A stretch of DNA of 63,737 nucleotides, filler included, from Lama guanicoe (lineage: Eukaryota): the NCBI GenBank assembly GCA_013239625.1. It is 210 parts of 210 records of this genome, joined end to end, with 100 filler letters (N's around TTAATTAATTAA, not from the genome) between each part and the next. Parts side by side here need not be neighbours in the genome. Positions count along the whole stretch, not along the records: positions 49,854 to 50,057 come from PNXV01032650.1; positions 50,158 to 50,361 come from PNXV01032651.1; positions 50,462 to 50,665 come from PNXV01032652.1; positions 50,766 to 50,969 come from PNXV01032653.1; positions 51,070 to 51,273 come from PNXV01032654.1; positions 51,374 to 51,577 come from PNXV01032655.1; positions 51,678 to 51,881 come from PNXV01032656.1; positions 51,982 to 52,185 come from PNXV01032657.1; 202 more parts are not named here. One strand, written 5' to 3'. Positions within the stretch are counted from its first letter, which is position 1; each line of letters begins with the position of its first letter. The notes under the pieces were generated by a model that was not told the DNA's origin, did not search any database, and saw only the letters and a program-made list of their open reading frames with translations. Below, piece after piece: positions 49,903-63,433 of the stretch. The position numbers were made by a program, and so were the translations under genes.

Positions 49903-50057
49903 TGAAAGGATGGGGTTCAGGACTTGTCACCCTTATATTTGACATACCGCCTGTTTTAAGGTGAAGGAACTTGAGAAACCGTCGGTGGGGAAGGACTTCC
50001 CAACCTTGCCCTGAAGCAAGTCATAAAACCCTCATAGGAAATGAGCCCTCCCTGTAC
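49903..50057 (+). mobile_element. ERV1 LTR 5' part, MER34-like
   Basis: GGGGTTCAGGACTTGTCACCC...TTTTAAGGTGAAGGAACTTGAGAAAC...AAGCAAGTCATAAAACCCTC resembles the MER34 family from memory. Confidence 0.5.
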
Positions 50058-53000
50058 NNNNNNNNNNNNNNNNNNNNNNNNNNNNNNNNNNNNNNNNNNN
50101 NTTAATTAATTAANNNNNNNNNNNNNNNNNNNNNNNNNNNNNNNNNNNNNNNNNNNNAGGGCTCATGTAATAGTCCTGAGCTCATCTAGATAATCCAGGG
50201 TAATCTTTCTACTTTGAGATTCCTAACCTTAATTATGTCTGCAAAGTAAGTGCCCTTTTTCATGGCATAAACATATTCACCGGCTCCAGGGATTAGGGCA
50301 CGGGCATCTTTGGAAGGCCATTACTCTGTTTACCTCAAACACTTAAGCTTTAACACTTAACNNNNNNNNNNNNNNNNNNNNNNNNNNNNNNNNNNNNNNN
50401 NNNNNTTAATTAATTAANNNNNNNNNNNNNNNNNNNNNNNNNNNNNNNNNNNNNNNNNNNNTTTTTCTGAAACCATTGTTCCCAGGATAGCTTCAATACT
50501 CATTTTTAACCAAAATATCTAATTTATTTTTCACTAAATGTTGAAAAGTAAGTAATAACAGTTTCATACACAATCTTGTTAGCATACCAGCAAATTTCAT
50601 GAGCACACATAAAACAATTATCTATAGCTACACAATCACCATTTTTACAGCTTCAAAGTGGCAAANNNNNNNNNNNNNNNNNNNNNNNNNNNNNNNNNNN
50701 NNNNNNNNNTTAATTAATTAANNNNNNNNNNNNNNNNNNNNNNNNNNNNNNNNNNNNNNNNNNNNAGCCAAGAAAGAAGGGCCTGAGTAATATCAGATTC
50801 TTATTCTCCCCCTAGCTCGCACTCCTCCATCCCTACTCCCCCCAAAAAAACCACTTGCTTTTTCTGCTGTAGGTGACATTAGAGCCAAAATCTTTCCTAT
50901 CTTCCAAGAGAAATATGCCTTTTGTCCTCCAGCCTTTACAGTGCAGAACAATTAAGTGCTTGCATCTGANNNNNNNNNNNNNNNNNNNNNNNNNNNNNNN
51001 NNNNNNNNNNNNNTTAATTAATTAANNNNNNNNNNNNNNNNNNNNNNNNNNNNNNNNNNNNNNNNNNNNTGCATAAATTAACACTTTCAAAGAAAAGCAA
51101 AAAAGCAAAAAAAAAAAAAAGATTGTCTATTTTTTAAGTTGTTTTTGAATTATAGTATAAGGGGTTTTTTTTGGAAACGGTTTCAAACCACCAGTTAAAA
51201 TAGATTCTGTGAACCACTTATTTGTATATTTTCAACTAGGATGTAAAGTCATGGAAGAAGCAGTTGATATCTGNNNNNNNNNNNNNNNNNNNNNNNNNNN
51301 NNNNNNNNNNNNNNNNNTTAATTAATTAANNNNNNNNNNNNNNNNNNNNNNNNNNNNNNNNNNNNNNNNNNNNAGGACATGCTGTGTTACCACAGGTGGG
51401 CACATACTGCTCCGTTAAAATCCCTTCAGTAAACGAGGGAGACCGCCAGCAGCCCTTCACAGGATCCACTGAGCAAGGAAAAGGAGTTCTTCCAAAATGA
51501 TTGTCTCTTTTCTTTTTTAAGCACCTTGAAAGCTTTCTTGTCTTCCTTTGTCCTCTTTCAACAAGCTGTAATGGATCNNNNNNNNNNNNNNNNNNNNNNN
51601 NNNNNNNNNNNNNNNNNNNNNTTAATTAATTAANNNNNNNNNNNNNNNNNNNNNNNNNNNNNNNNNNNNNNNNNNNNCTTGATTGGATGATGGTCACAGT
51701 GGTTTGCATTTGTCAACAGTCATCACACTGCACTCTTATAACGTGTGGATTTTACTTTATGTAAATGGTACCTCAATAAATTTGATGAAGAATGAGATAG
51801 AGGAGGAGATTTGAACAAAGCACCCATAGTAGGTATTGCCTCAGAATTATTTCTGGTGTAGGGAAGCGCTTCATAATTAAANNNNNNNNNNNNNNNNNNN
51901 NNNNNNNNNNNNNNNNNNNNNNNNNTTAATTAATTAANNNNNNNNNNNNNNNNNNNNNNNNNNNNNNNNNNNNNNNNNNNNGCTACTTCAGATTCACTAG
52001 CTGCCTGATGGCTTATAATACCAAAGTTTTGGCTTCACGTACCAAATTACTATCTGCTCTCTCACAGGAAACTTACTATACCAGAACATTTGTGTAGCTG
52101 TAGCAGTGAAGATGCAGTCACCTCCGTCAAATGCACGAGCTTCTTGTGTAGAAGGCACACTTGAGCTGCATTAGAATGTGACTCANNNNNNNNNNNNNNN
52201 NNNNNNNNNNNNNNNNNNNNNNNNNNNNNTTAATTAATTAANNNNNNNNNNNNNNNNNNNNNNNNNNNNNNNNNNNNNNNNNNNNAGATCTTGGCTGGAA
52301 GGCTCTGCTGGGGCAGGAGAATTTGCTTCCAAGACGGCGCCCTGCTGCCTGGCCCCTCTGTGGTATGGCTCCAGTGTTATCTCAGCAGGACACTGGGACT
52401 GAAAGGAAGTGGGAGTCTCTGCCTGGGAATCCAGACAGGCTTTTCAGAGGAGGTGGCCATGGATAGTGGTTTCCCAAGGGAAGAAGGAGNNNNNNNNNNN
52501 NNNNNNNNNNNNNNNNNNNNNNNNNNNNNNNNNTTAATTAATTAANNNNNNNNNNNNNNNNNNNNNNNNNNNNNNNNNNNNNNNNNNNNAGTACTACCAG
52601 CGCTTCGATCAGCTGAACTGGCCCTGTCTGGTGAGAGATGCTGCCTCCCCCACCCCATTCTGGTCCCTTTTCTTCTCTGTTGAATTTTCCTTTCTTCTCC
52701 CAGCCTCTCTCCTTTTCCTGGGTTAGTACAGAGTCCGGCCCCCACACCGTGCATGCAAACACTGCTTTGACTCACATCCCTTAGATCTGTTCCNNNNNNN
52801 NNNNNNNNNNNNNNNNNNNNNNNNNNNNNNNNNNNNNTTAATTAATTAANNNNNNNNNNNNNNNNNNNNNNNNNNNNNNNNNNNNNNNNNNNNAACGTTC
52901 ACAGTGTTATGCAACCATCACCACTATTTAGTTCCAAGACTTGCATCTTCCCAAACAGATAGCCCAGACCCACTGGGCAATTGCTCCCCATCTCCCCCTT

Positions 53001-56000
53001 CCCCAGCCCCGGCCATCACTAATCTGCATTCTGTCTTGGTGGCTTTACCTATTTGGGACATTTCATGGAAATGGCATTATCAGATATGTGGCCCTTTNNN
53101 NNNNNNNNNNNNNNNNNNNNNNNNNNNNNNNNNNNNNNNNNTTAATTAATTAANNNNNNNNNNNNNNNNNNNNNNNNNNNNNNNNNNNNNNNNNNNNAAA
53201 AGTGATTCTGGGAATAAATAAGTTTGGAAGAAACTTTGGGAAAACTCTGCATACAATGCCTTATTCCTAAATATGTACAGTACATATTAACATTAAAGGA
53301 TCTGACGAGTATGGCCTAATTCTGTTAAACCAAACGTTTTATTTTATTTATATTTATTGAAGTATAGTCAGTTACAATGTGTCAATTTCTGGTGTAGAGC
53401 ANNNNNNNNNNNNNNNNNNNNNNNNNNNNNNNNNNNNNNNNNNNNTTAATTAATTAANNNNNNNNNNNNNNNNNNNNNNNNNNNNNNNNNNNNNNNNNNN
53501 NGTTGTACATGCTGAATTTCAAGTGACAGTGCCTTCAAGTAGGAATGTTCTAGAGGCAGCTGGAAATGGCTGATTAGAGAGCTTGATATATATATTTGGT
53601 AGCCAACAGAATGCATGGACCCCCTGACCGCAATTTATCAAATGATACAAATGCAACAATGTTGGAACATGGATTGATTTTGCATTTCCAGCTAAAGCTG
53701 AAGAANNNNNNNNNNNNNNNNNNNNNNNNNNNNNNNNNNNNNNNNNNNNTTAATTAATTAANNNNNNNNNNNNNNNNNNNNNNNNNNNNNNNNNNNNNNN
53801 NNNNNAACCTCGCAGGAAGTGACATCCTCAAGTTTATGGTCAAGGAAGAACCAATAACCCACACCCCTCAGCCACATTCATGAAAATGGGCTATGCTGTT
53901 TGCTGCCTCTTTTCGCCCTCGTTTCATCAGTTCCTCTATGTACTCGCTGCTGTTTCTGACCGCATTTCGGGGAGAGAAACGTGGAAGAAAAGAACAGACG
54001 TGTACCGTCNNNNNNNNNNNNNNNNNNNNNNNNNNNNNNNNNNNNNNNNNNNNTTAATTAATTAANNNNNNNNNNNNNNNNNNNNNNNNNNNNNNNNNNN
54101 NNNNNNNNNAACCTCGCAGGAAGTGACATCCTCAAGTTTATGGTCAAGGAAGAACCAACAACCCACACCCCTCAGCCACATTCATGAAAATGGGGTACGC
54201 TGTTTGCTGCCTCTTTTCGCCCTTGTTTCATCAGTTCCTCTATGTACTCGCTGCTGTTTCTGAGCGCATTTCGGGGAGAGAAACGTGGAAGAAAAGAACA
54301 GACGTGTACCGTCNNNNNNNNNNNNNNNNNNNNNNNNNNNNNNNNNNNNNNNNNNNNTTAATTAATTAANNNNNNNNNNNNNNNNNNNNNNNNNNNNNNN
54401 NNNNNNNNNNNNNTGTTCTTATTCCAAGGATCCTCCCCTGGAATGTTACTGTATCAAACCTTAAGTAAAATGAACGTTACGTCCCCTGAGAGGATCTGGG
54501 AATTTTTTATTGATTATGGAAGTTAAATATATTCTATATCAGGCTTTCCTAACAAGACATTTAAAGAGTTGGAGAATTTGAAGTATATATATGTAATGAT
54601 AGTTTCCTGAATTCAAGNNNNNNNNNNNNNNNNNNNNNNNNNNNNNNNNNNNNNNNNNNNNTTAATTAATTAANNNNNNNNNNNNNNNNNNNNNNNNNNN
54701 NNNNNNNNNNNNNNNNNTGTGGTGATTAAATAGTTCTCTACTGTGTCAGAGGTAGTGTTACCTGAATGTACACATGTGATAGAATGACACCAAGCTTTAG
54801 CCACACATTGTGCTGATGCTGATTTCCTAGTTTGATACTGTATCATGGTTCTATGAGATGTATCCACACCCAGGACTTCTCAGTGCTATCTTTGCAACTG
54901 TATGTGAATTATTTCAAAATANNNNNNNNNNNNNNNNNNNNNNNNNNNNNNNNNNNNNNNNNNNNTTAATTAATTAANNNNNNNNNNNNNNNNNNNNNNN
55001 NNNNNNNNNNNNNNNNNNNNNCGCTGCCCTGTTCTCACCATCATGGAGGCTCAGCTGGCATATCTTCTCTATCAGGAGAGTCTCCACTCATGAATGGCCA
55101 AATCGAGGGCAGCCCTACAAATGTGAAAGTACTTTTTAGGAAACTAGTGTGTACTGTTTCAAACAAACCATTACTCGTGTAATTGGAAACACTCCATAGC
55201 ATGAAATTCCTACCCCTTTCAAATANNNNNNNNNNNNNNNNNNNNNNNNNNNNNNNNNNNNNNNNNNNNTTAATTAATTAANNNNNNNNNNNNNNNNNNN
55301 NNNNNNNNNNNNNNNNNNNNNNNNNATCTTATGTGATTATGATTGTGGAGGACGTGCTGAGCGGAGTTGGGGGCACCAGGGGACCATCTCCTGTTCCACG
55401 AGAAGCTGTCGGAGGACAACCACAGTCACAAGAGCATCAGGCTCCCCAAGGGGGCCTCCCAGACCGTTCCAGGTAATTGTAGGATATGGTTAAACATGTT
55501 TCAGGTTGGATGGTCATCTCTTCTTAGAGNNNNNNNNNNNNNNNNNNNNNNNNNNNNNNNNNNNNNNNNNNNNTTAATTAATTAANNNNNNNNNNNNNNN
55601 NNNNNNNNNNNNNNNNNNNNNNNNNNNNNTTTGAAAAGGTAAAATTAATTTTAATACTTGTTTGACTTAATTCACTGTATGGAAAATATTATTGTTTCAA
55701 CATGTAATAAATATACAAACTTGTAAATGAGATATTTTACTTTGTTTTATTCCATGTCTTCATAATCCAGTGTGTATTTTATGCTTCTAGAATAACTTGA
55801 TTTGAATACTAAGTTACTAGTGAAAATACCTTTNNNNNNNNNNNNNNNNNNNNNNNNNNNNNNNNNNNNNNNNNNNNTTAATTAATTAANNNNNNNNNNN
55901 NNNNNNNNNNNNNNNNNNNNNNNNNNNNNNNNNCACAGATGCTGCACGGAGATCCCACCTACATTCTGAGCAGCAAGAGAGCACCATAAGGATTTTGATC

Positions 56001-56237
56001 TGCTGGTCATTCAAGCTGATGGATCCAAGGGACCCATCAAGGTACCTGACCAAGAGTTAGTGCCCAGCAAATGCCAAGTGGGGCCACCGGAATCGTACGG
56101 GCACGAGGTGGGAGAGCCCCAGGCTTGCAACCTTCTCNNNNNNNNNNNNNNNNNNNNNNNNNNNNNNNNNNNNNNNNNNNNTTAATTAATTAANNNNNNN
56201 NNNNNNNNNNNNNNNNNNNNNNNNNNNNNNNNNNNNN

Positions 56238-56441
56238 ATGGAGTGGAGTTTGCAACTGACAAGTAACTTTGTGTTCCCTTCAAGCTGGGTGAAGGACGGC
56301 TATCACACACACATATCTCTCGGAACTGAGCACGAGGAGAGACGTTCTTTCATCCAGCAGAAAGGGAACAGGTTGTAGGAGAAACACTTACACTGGTTTC
56401 TCAGTCGGCTTCCTAGTGCCGGTTTGAAGTGCCTGCCGTTT
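56238..56441 (-). repeat. ~248-bp satellite family, reverse-orientation copy
   Basis: The first 120 bp are the ungapped reverse complement of 5473-5592 (about 18 mismatches by hand count). The last 38 bp match the reverse complement of the other end of that contig. Confidence 0.88.
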
Positions 56442-56845
56442 NNNNNNNNNNNNNNNNNNNNNNNNNNNNNNNNNNNNNNNNNNNNTTAATTAATTAANNN
56501 NNNNNNNNNNNNNNNNNNNNNNNNNNNNNNNNNNNNNNNNNTCTCTAGAGGGGTCATAGAGCTCATTCCAGGGACCTGTAGAGAGATCCCAGCTCTGTGT
56601 GTCCTAAGCACCCAGCAAATCCCATTCCCTGGAAACAGGACTTTTAAATAAATTTTCAAACAGTAACGTTAGCAAGCATTTGCTGAGAGCTAGTATGCCA
56701 TCCATTCATCCACTGTTCAACAGATACTGACTGGGCTCGGTGTCTNNNNNNNNNNNNNNNNNNNNNNNNNNNNNNNNNNNNNNNNNNNNTTAATTAATTA
56801 ANNNNNNNNNNNNNNNNNNNNNNNNNNNNNNNNNNNNNNNNNNNN

Positions 56846-57049
56846 CAAAAACAAACAAATGAATTCACAGAAAGAGAGATTAGGTCACTACGTGGGGAGT
56901 GAGGGGAAGGGAAATTAGGTTGAAATAGTCAAACAGTACAAACTTCTAGTTACAAGATAAATAAGTACTAGGGGTGTAATGTACAACATGATAAATATAG
57001 ATAGCACTGTTGTACATATATATGCAAGTCTTTAAGAAAGTAAATCTTA
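56846..57049 (+). mobile_element. L1MA9-type LINE-1 3' end (antisense relative at 38910-39113)
   Basis: GTCAAACAGTACAAACTTCTAGTTACAAGATAAATAAGTACTAGGGGTGTAATGTACAACATGA...AAAGTAAATCTTA. Confidence 0.75.
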
Positions 57050-58973
57050 NNNNNNNNNNNNNNNNNNNNNNNNNNNNNNNNNNNNNNNNNNNNTTAATTA
57101 ATTAANNNNNNNNNNNNNNNNNNNNNNNNNNNNNNNNNNNNNNNNNNNNCTGCAGACACTAGCCATGTGCCATTAAGTGACCCGCTTTTTGGCTTTGAAC
57201 CTCCATTTCCCAACCTGCTAAACAGGAATGATAGTTCTGGCTCTAACCACCTCAGCAGTATGCTGCGGTTATCAACTGAGTCCGTGCACACGTGTTTAGT
57301 AAAAAGCAAAGTATCGTATAAATGCAGATGAGTTCATATTTACCAAACAAGTGNNNNNNNNNNNNNNNNNNNNNNNNNNNNNNNNNNNNNNNNNNNNTTA
57401 ATTAATTAANNNNNNNNNNNNNNNNNNNNNNNNNNNNNNNNNNNNNNNNNNNNTCCAGTATCTGAAGCCAGGGCCGAAGCGACTCGTGTTGCATTTAGAC
57501 GGCTCTTGACGGTTTCCAAACACCCTCGTGGACGTTGCACCAGCTGCCCTGCCGGGCGGGCAAGTCTGGGAGTGCCCCCACCTTACCGACGGGGCTCTGA
57601 GGCTCAGAGAGGTGGGGTGGTGCGCCTGAGCCACACGGCCAGTACGTGGCAGAGCTGNNNNNNNNNNNNNNNNNNNNNNNNNNNNNNNNNNNNNNNNNNN
57701 NTTAATTAATTAANNNNNNNNNNNNNNNNNNNNNNNNNNNNNNNNNNNNNNNNNNNNTATTTCTGGTGTTTTATTTTTTAATTAAAAAATTATCTGGAAT
57801 TTATTTAAATGTCAAAATTGAGGACACTGTACCAGGTCTTCCAATGATTAAGCTAATTACTCCAGTACTTGAATCTACTGATTTGAAGTGTCAGTTTTAT
57901 AATATTAATAAAATCTCAAAAATATCCACGTCTATTCTTGAAATGAATTGTATTTCATTCANNNNNNNNNNNNNNNNNNNNNNNNNNNNNNNNNNNNNNN
58001 NNNNNTTAATTAATTAANNNNNNNNNNNNNNNNNNNNNNNNNNNNNNNNNNNNNNNNNNNNTGATGTCAAAGATATTTTAAAATTATTCCCGTTTAAACT
58101 TTGATTATTCATACTCAGAAAGTGCCTGATGCAGCTGATTTTAACTACTACAAACCATAATTTGCACAGTAAAAACACAACTTGCCGACTTCATTATTTT
58201 GAGCATATTTTGTCTAAAAGTTAACATTTCTTTAGATTAAGTTATGGCTATATTAGATAGCCAATNNNNNNNNNNNNNNNNNNNNNNNNNNNNNNNNNNN
58301 NNNNNNNNNTTAATTAATTAANNNNNNNNNNNNNNNNNNNNNNNNNNNNNNNNNNNNNNNNNNNNGCACTGCCTGGAATGCCTTTCTCCTAACTTCAGTT
58401 TATCCAAATTAAACTTATCTTTTTAGACCTTTTCTTCTTTGTACATTTCCTCATATATTCAAGCTGACAGTCATCTGTTGTACTTTAGGAGTCTGGTGAC
58501 TGTTTTTTTCATTTTTTGCCTTAAGATAAGAAAATGCTACTTTGAATTGATGTTTTCTTTTTTATCAGANNNNNNNNNNNNNNNNNNNNNNNNNNNNNNN
58601 NNNNNNNNNNNNNTTAATTAATTAANNNNNNNNNNNNNNNNNNNNNNNNNNNNNNNNNNNNNNNNNNNNAAGAGAGGAGGCACCCCAGGTGGGAGAAGTG
58701 GTGGCCAAGACTAGAGCTGTGAGGGTGAACAGTGCAACTAGGATGGGGCGGCTGAGGCCTCGGGAGTGCTAGTGGCCAGTGCCCTCGCCACTGTTTCCCT
58801 CTTCAAAAGAATCAAAGTTCTATTTTAAAATTATTTTTTATTATACAAGTAACATCTGATGGTGGAAAACTGGNNNNNNNNNNNNNNNNNNNNNNNNNNN
58901 NNNNNNNNNNNNNNNNNTTAATTAATTAANNNNNNNNNNNNNNNNNNNNNNNNNNNNNNNNNNNNNNNNNNNN

Positions 58974-59177
58974 AATAAAGATCAGGGAGGAAATAAATAA
59001 AACAGAGATTTTAAAAAATAGAAAAATTCAATCAAACAAAGAGCTGGTTTTCTGAAAGAATAAACAAAATTGACAAGCCTCTGGCCAGATCACCAAGAAG
59101 AAGTGAGAGAGTACTTGAATAAACAAAATAAGAAACGAACAAGGAGAAATTACAACCAATACCACAGAAATGCTAAA
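58974..59177 (+). mobile_element. LINE-1 ORF2 fragment
   Basis: IKIREEINKTE / NQTKSWFSERINKIDKPLAR / INKIRNEQGEITTNTTE, with frameshifts. Confidence 0.9.
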
Positions 59178-60189
59178 NNNNNNNNNNNNNNNNNNNNNNN
59201 NNNNNNNNNNNNNNNNNNNNNTTAATTAATTAANNNNNNNNNNNNNNNNNNNNNNNNNNNNNNNNNNNNNNNNNNNNTCCAGAGCCCCAAGGCTGGGGCT
59301 GCTGTGGCCTCTGGTTTCAGGTTATTGCAGGAGTTTGAACAGCTGAGACCCCCAGGCAGTGCTGCTGGCCTTAGGAATTCCCTTCAATGGAAGGAAGGAG
59401 GAAGGGACACAGGGAGGGAGGGAGGGAAGGAAAGAGGAAACAAGGGAGGGGCCAGAGGAAGCTGGAAACAGAGGTGCCGCANNNNNNNNNNNNNNNNNNN
59501 NNNNNNNNNNNNNNNNNNNNNNNNNTTAATTAATTAANNNNNNNNNNNNNNNNNNNNNNNNNNNNNNNNNNNNNNNNNNNNCTATTATTTTGGCCCAAAT
59601 TGTCACACCTCTCTACAGTTCACTTGGGTGTTTCATGTGTACACCCAGGTCTAAAGAGGCAGAAATTACCTTGGTGGAGCCGAAGCAGAGTTATGCTTTG
59701 GGGCAGTATTGACTGCGAGGGGGCCTGGAAAGTCCCTCTGGGGCGGTGGGAAGATTTGGTATCTAGATATGGGGGTGGTTGTGTTNNNNNNNNNNNNNNN
59801 NNNNNNNNNNNNNNNNNNNNNNNNNNNNNTTAATTAATTAANNNNNNNNNNNNNNNNNNNNNNNNNNNNNNNNNNNNNNNNNNNNAAACATCTAAAGACC
59901 ACATATGGTGAAGAAAAGTAGACAGCCCAGCTAAGGACAGAGGTAACTGAGGACAGCACAGTAGTAAGTTTCCTGGGGTTTCTGTTCGTCTCATCTCTCC
60001 CAGACTGCAAAGCCAGCTGCCTGGAGATACCAAGGCACAGAGATTCAAGAAAAATAAATAACAAATAAACAACAAGAAAAGCCTACTTTNNNNNNNNNNN
60101 NNNNNNNNNNNNNNNNNNNNNNNNNNNNNNNNNTTAATTAATTAANNNNNNNNNNNNNNNNNNNNNNNNNNNNNNNNNNNNNNNNNNNN

Positions 60190-60393
60190 AATGCTGCAAT
60201 AAATATGAGAGTTCAGGTGTCACTTTGAGATCCTGATATCAATTCTTTTAGATAAATACCCAGAAGTGGGATTGATGGATCATGTGGTAGTTTTATTTTT
60301 AATTGTTTTGAGGAACTTCTATTCTGTATTCCATAGTGGCTGCACCATTTTATATTTCTACCAATAGGGTGCCAGGTTTTCAATTTCTATATA
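60190..60393 (-). mobile_element. LINE-1 ORF2 3' fragment
   Basis: GATAAATACCCAGAAGTGGGATTGATGGATCATGTGGTAG...TTCCATAGTGGCTGCACCATTTT is the antisense of VQPLW...LP.DP.IPLLGIY. Confidence 0.85.
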
Positions 60394-62317
60394 NNNNNNN
60401 NNNNNNNNNNNNNNNNNNNNNNNNNNNNNNNNNNNNNTTAATTAATTAANNNNNNNNNNNNNNNNNNNNNNNNNNNNNNNNNNNNNNNNNNNNCTCTGGA
60501 CCAGGGTCCGACTAGAAGATGATGTGTCCAGGGGAAGGTCCGTAGGAGGAGTCCAGGTGGGGACCGCACTTTTCCCTCAGTTTCTGTCACTTCTCACGGG
60601 AGGAGGGCCCTGGGGTCGGGGGCCGGGGCTCCGCCCTCTCCGCACATAAGGCAGCCCCCAGGAGGTGGGGACTCTTGATCCAAGAAAGCACAGGACCNNN
60701 NNNNNNNNNNNNNNNNNNNNNNNNNNNNNNNNNNNNNNNNNTTAATTAATTAANNNNNNNNNNNNNNNNNNNNNNNNNNNNNNNNNNNNNNNNNNNNAAG
60801 GATTCCTAAGAATTCTCTTAGGGGAATCTTCCCTCTCTTAGGAGAACTATGAGGACTTGGCCTTCCACACAGTGTGCAAGGATCCAAAACACAGCCACTA
60901 GCCATGACCCAGCATTTATGCCTTTTTTACTCTCTACTCTGTCATTAAAGTGCATGAGTTCAGAAAAAGAATCCTTTCACATGAATTGTAATGGACTTAT
61001 TNNNNNNNNNNNNNNNNNNNNNNNNNNNNNNNNNNNNNNNNNNNNTTAATTAATTAANNNNNNNNNNNNNNNNNNNNNNNNNNNNNNNNNNNNNNNNNNN
61101 NTGTATTTTCCAGAAGGTGGCTGCAGCACACAGGGGTAGACATATTCCTGCAGGTAAGGCTGAGAGAGGTGATTAGGACAGATGAGCTACATGTTGACTG
61201 GAGCAGGCATATTGTCACCCTGGAGCAGGGTGAGGTTCCCCACACTGGTGCTTCCACTGGCTACTCTGGTGCCTGTCTACCTTCCTGCCCTTCACCTCCT
61301 ACTCTNNNNNNNNNNNNNNNNNNNNNNNNNNNNNNNNNNNNNNNNNNNNTTAATTAATTAANNNNNNNNNNNNNNNNNNNNNNNNNNNNNNNNNNNNNNN
61401 NNNNNAGGAGGCCCGCATCCAGCCCTGCACAGCTGGGGCAGGGGGAGGCCACCACGTGGGGCTCGCCTGCTGGCCACCTGGCACACGTGGGACGTAACAG
61501 GCGCTCTACAAGAGCCGGGACTGGTGGCTGATTCGTGCCGCATGGGCAGAAAGCCAAAGCGGCTGGCAGCTGGAGCGTGGGTGGATCAGAGGACAGCAGA
61601 AACCACACANNNNNNNNNNNNNNNNNNNNNNNNNNNNNNNNNNNNNNNNNNNNTTAATTAATTAANNNNNNNNNNNNNNNNNNNNNNNNNNNNNNNNNNN
61701 NNNNNNNNNCAACAAATGGGTGGGTGAGGTGGGAGGCAGGTTGTGAATTCAGAAGAGGGGTATAGGATAAGACAGGCCCTGGGAGAGGGTGTGTGGTCTC
61801 TTGGGTGCCCCCCGCTATTCCTATCGGTGGGAGAGGCACCCCTGACTGAGGTCAAGATGATGTCCTGTGGGGGCTGATGGAGCAGGAGGGGCCTGTACTG
61901 CCTCCCCACCTCCNNNNNNNNNNNNNNNNNNNNNNNNNNNNNNNNNNNNNNNNNNNNTTAATTAATTAANNNNNNNNNNNNNNNNNNNNNNNNNNNNNNN
62001 NNNNNNNNNNNNNTTAGTCAAAGAGAATGTTTTTCTTAGAGTTCAGTAGATAAATAAGCAAAAGGTAAAAACCAAGGACTTATTCAACAGGAAATAAAAA
62101 ATATAAATAACTTTTGGGGAAAATATTCAATTTGACATTAATTGGAGACGTGAAAATTAAAACAATACAGCAGGAGTATATAAAGGTTCTAAATAATTTA
62201 CACAGTTCAAGAGCTGGNNNNNNNNNNNNNNNNNNNNNNNNNNNNNNNNNNNNNNNNNNNNTTAATTAATTAANNNNNNNNNNNNNNNNNNNNNNNNNNN
62301 NNNNNNNNNNNNNNNNN

Positions 62318-62521
62318 AGCGGCGGCGGCGAAGGCGACGGAGATGGCGGCGGAGGGGTACACGGTCACCGACATGGTCCGCGGGCTGGCGTGCGACGTGG
62401 GGCCGCCCTAAAGCAACCTCCGGTACATCGGGGAAGGATCCTGAGGCGTGATGTGGCGATTGTCCGCACCACGTGTGCCGGCCGTGCACCCCCGCGCAGC
62501 TTCACACCCGACCTATGCGTT
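62318..62521 (+). pseudogene. MAPK1: Degenerate unprocessed copy of MAPK1 (ERK2) exon 1 plus presumed intron 1 start
   Basis: The frame reads AAAAKATEMAAEGYTVTDMVRGLACDVGPP*SNLRYIGEGS*GVM versus ERK2 [40 protein letters not shown]. Stops at 62409 and 62442 replace two Tyr codons. Homology ends at 62455 and is followed by GCGATT (a decayed GTGAGT-like donor), not by exon 2 sequence. Confidence 0.85.
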
Positions 62522-63229
62522 NNNNNNNNNNNNNNNNNNNNNNNNNNNNNNNNNNNNNNNNNNNNTTAATTAATTAANNNNNNNNNNNNNNNNNNNNNNN
62601 NNNNNNNNNNNNNNNNNNNNNGGCAATTTAATGGTAGGACATTGACAAATACAATGTAATATACATAAAGCAGATAAACAACAAGGATAATCTGTATAGA
62701 TCACTGAATTATTCACAATAGCATATAATAATTGCATGTTACAATTACTGTAATCATTTATAATGCAATATAATCGACAAAGAGGTTGGAATCACTAAGC
62801 TGTACATCTGAAACTACACAATATANNNNNNNNNNNNNNNNNNNNNNNNNNNNNNNNNNNNNNNNNNNNTTAATTAATTAANNNNNNNNNNNNNNNNNNN
62901 NNNNNNNNNNNNNNNNNNNNNNNNNGAAGCACTAAGCTATAACTATGGCTTGTAGGATGGCCCTATGTAATCTTTAAAAATGTCAAAATAAGGACCACTT
63001 CCCCTCCAGAATTCCAAACCCGAATCAGTGGGCTATACAGAAAAGCTGAAATTAGCAATCTTCTTGCTTTTAAAAATATAATTTCAAAAATCATCTTTTG
63101 AAGGTCATACAATGTCACATTTTATATTCNNNNNNNNNNNNNNNNNNNNNNNNNNNNNNNNNNNNNNNNNNNNTTAATTAATTAANNNNNNNNNNNNNNN
63201 NNNNNNNNNNNNNNNNNNNNNNNNNNNNN

Positions 63230-63433
63230 GGGTGCTGAAAGTGTAAAACCCACAAAGGGACCAGTAATAACTGCCAGGAAGGGCCAATGCCTACCTGCTT
63301 TTGTGTTTCTGTAAAACGGCTTGCTTCTAGGAACATGAAATTTATCCCTAAAATTCCATTGGTTCCCAAAAGATCATTCCTGATTGGTCCATTCTAACAC
63401 CTCATTTGCATATGGTGTGAACTTAATCAAAAG
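63230..63433 (-). mobile_element. Probable ERV LTR U3 fragment with octamer and CCAAT boxes
   Basis: ATTTGCAT at 63404-63411 and ATTGG at 63383-63387 in a non-CpG context; family not identified. Confidence 0.4.
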
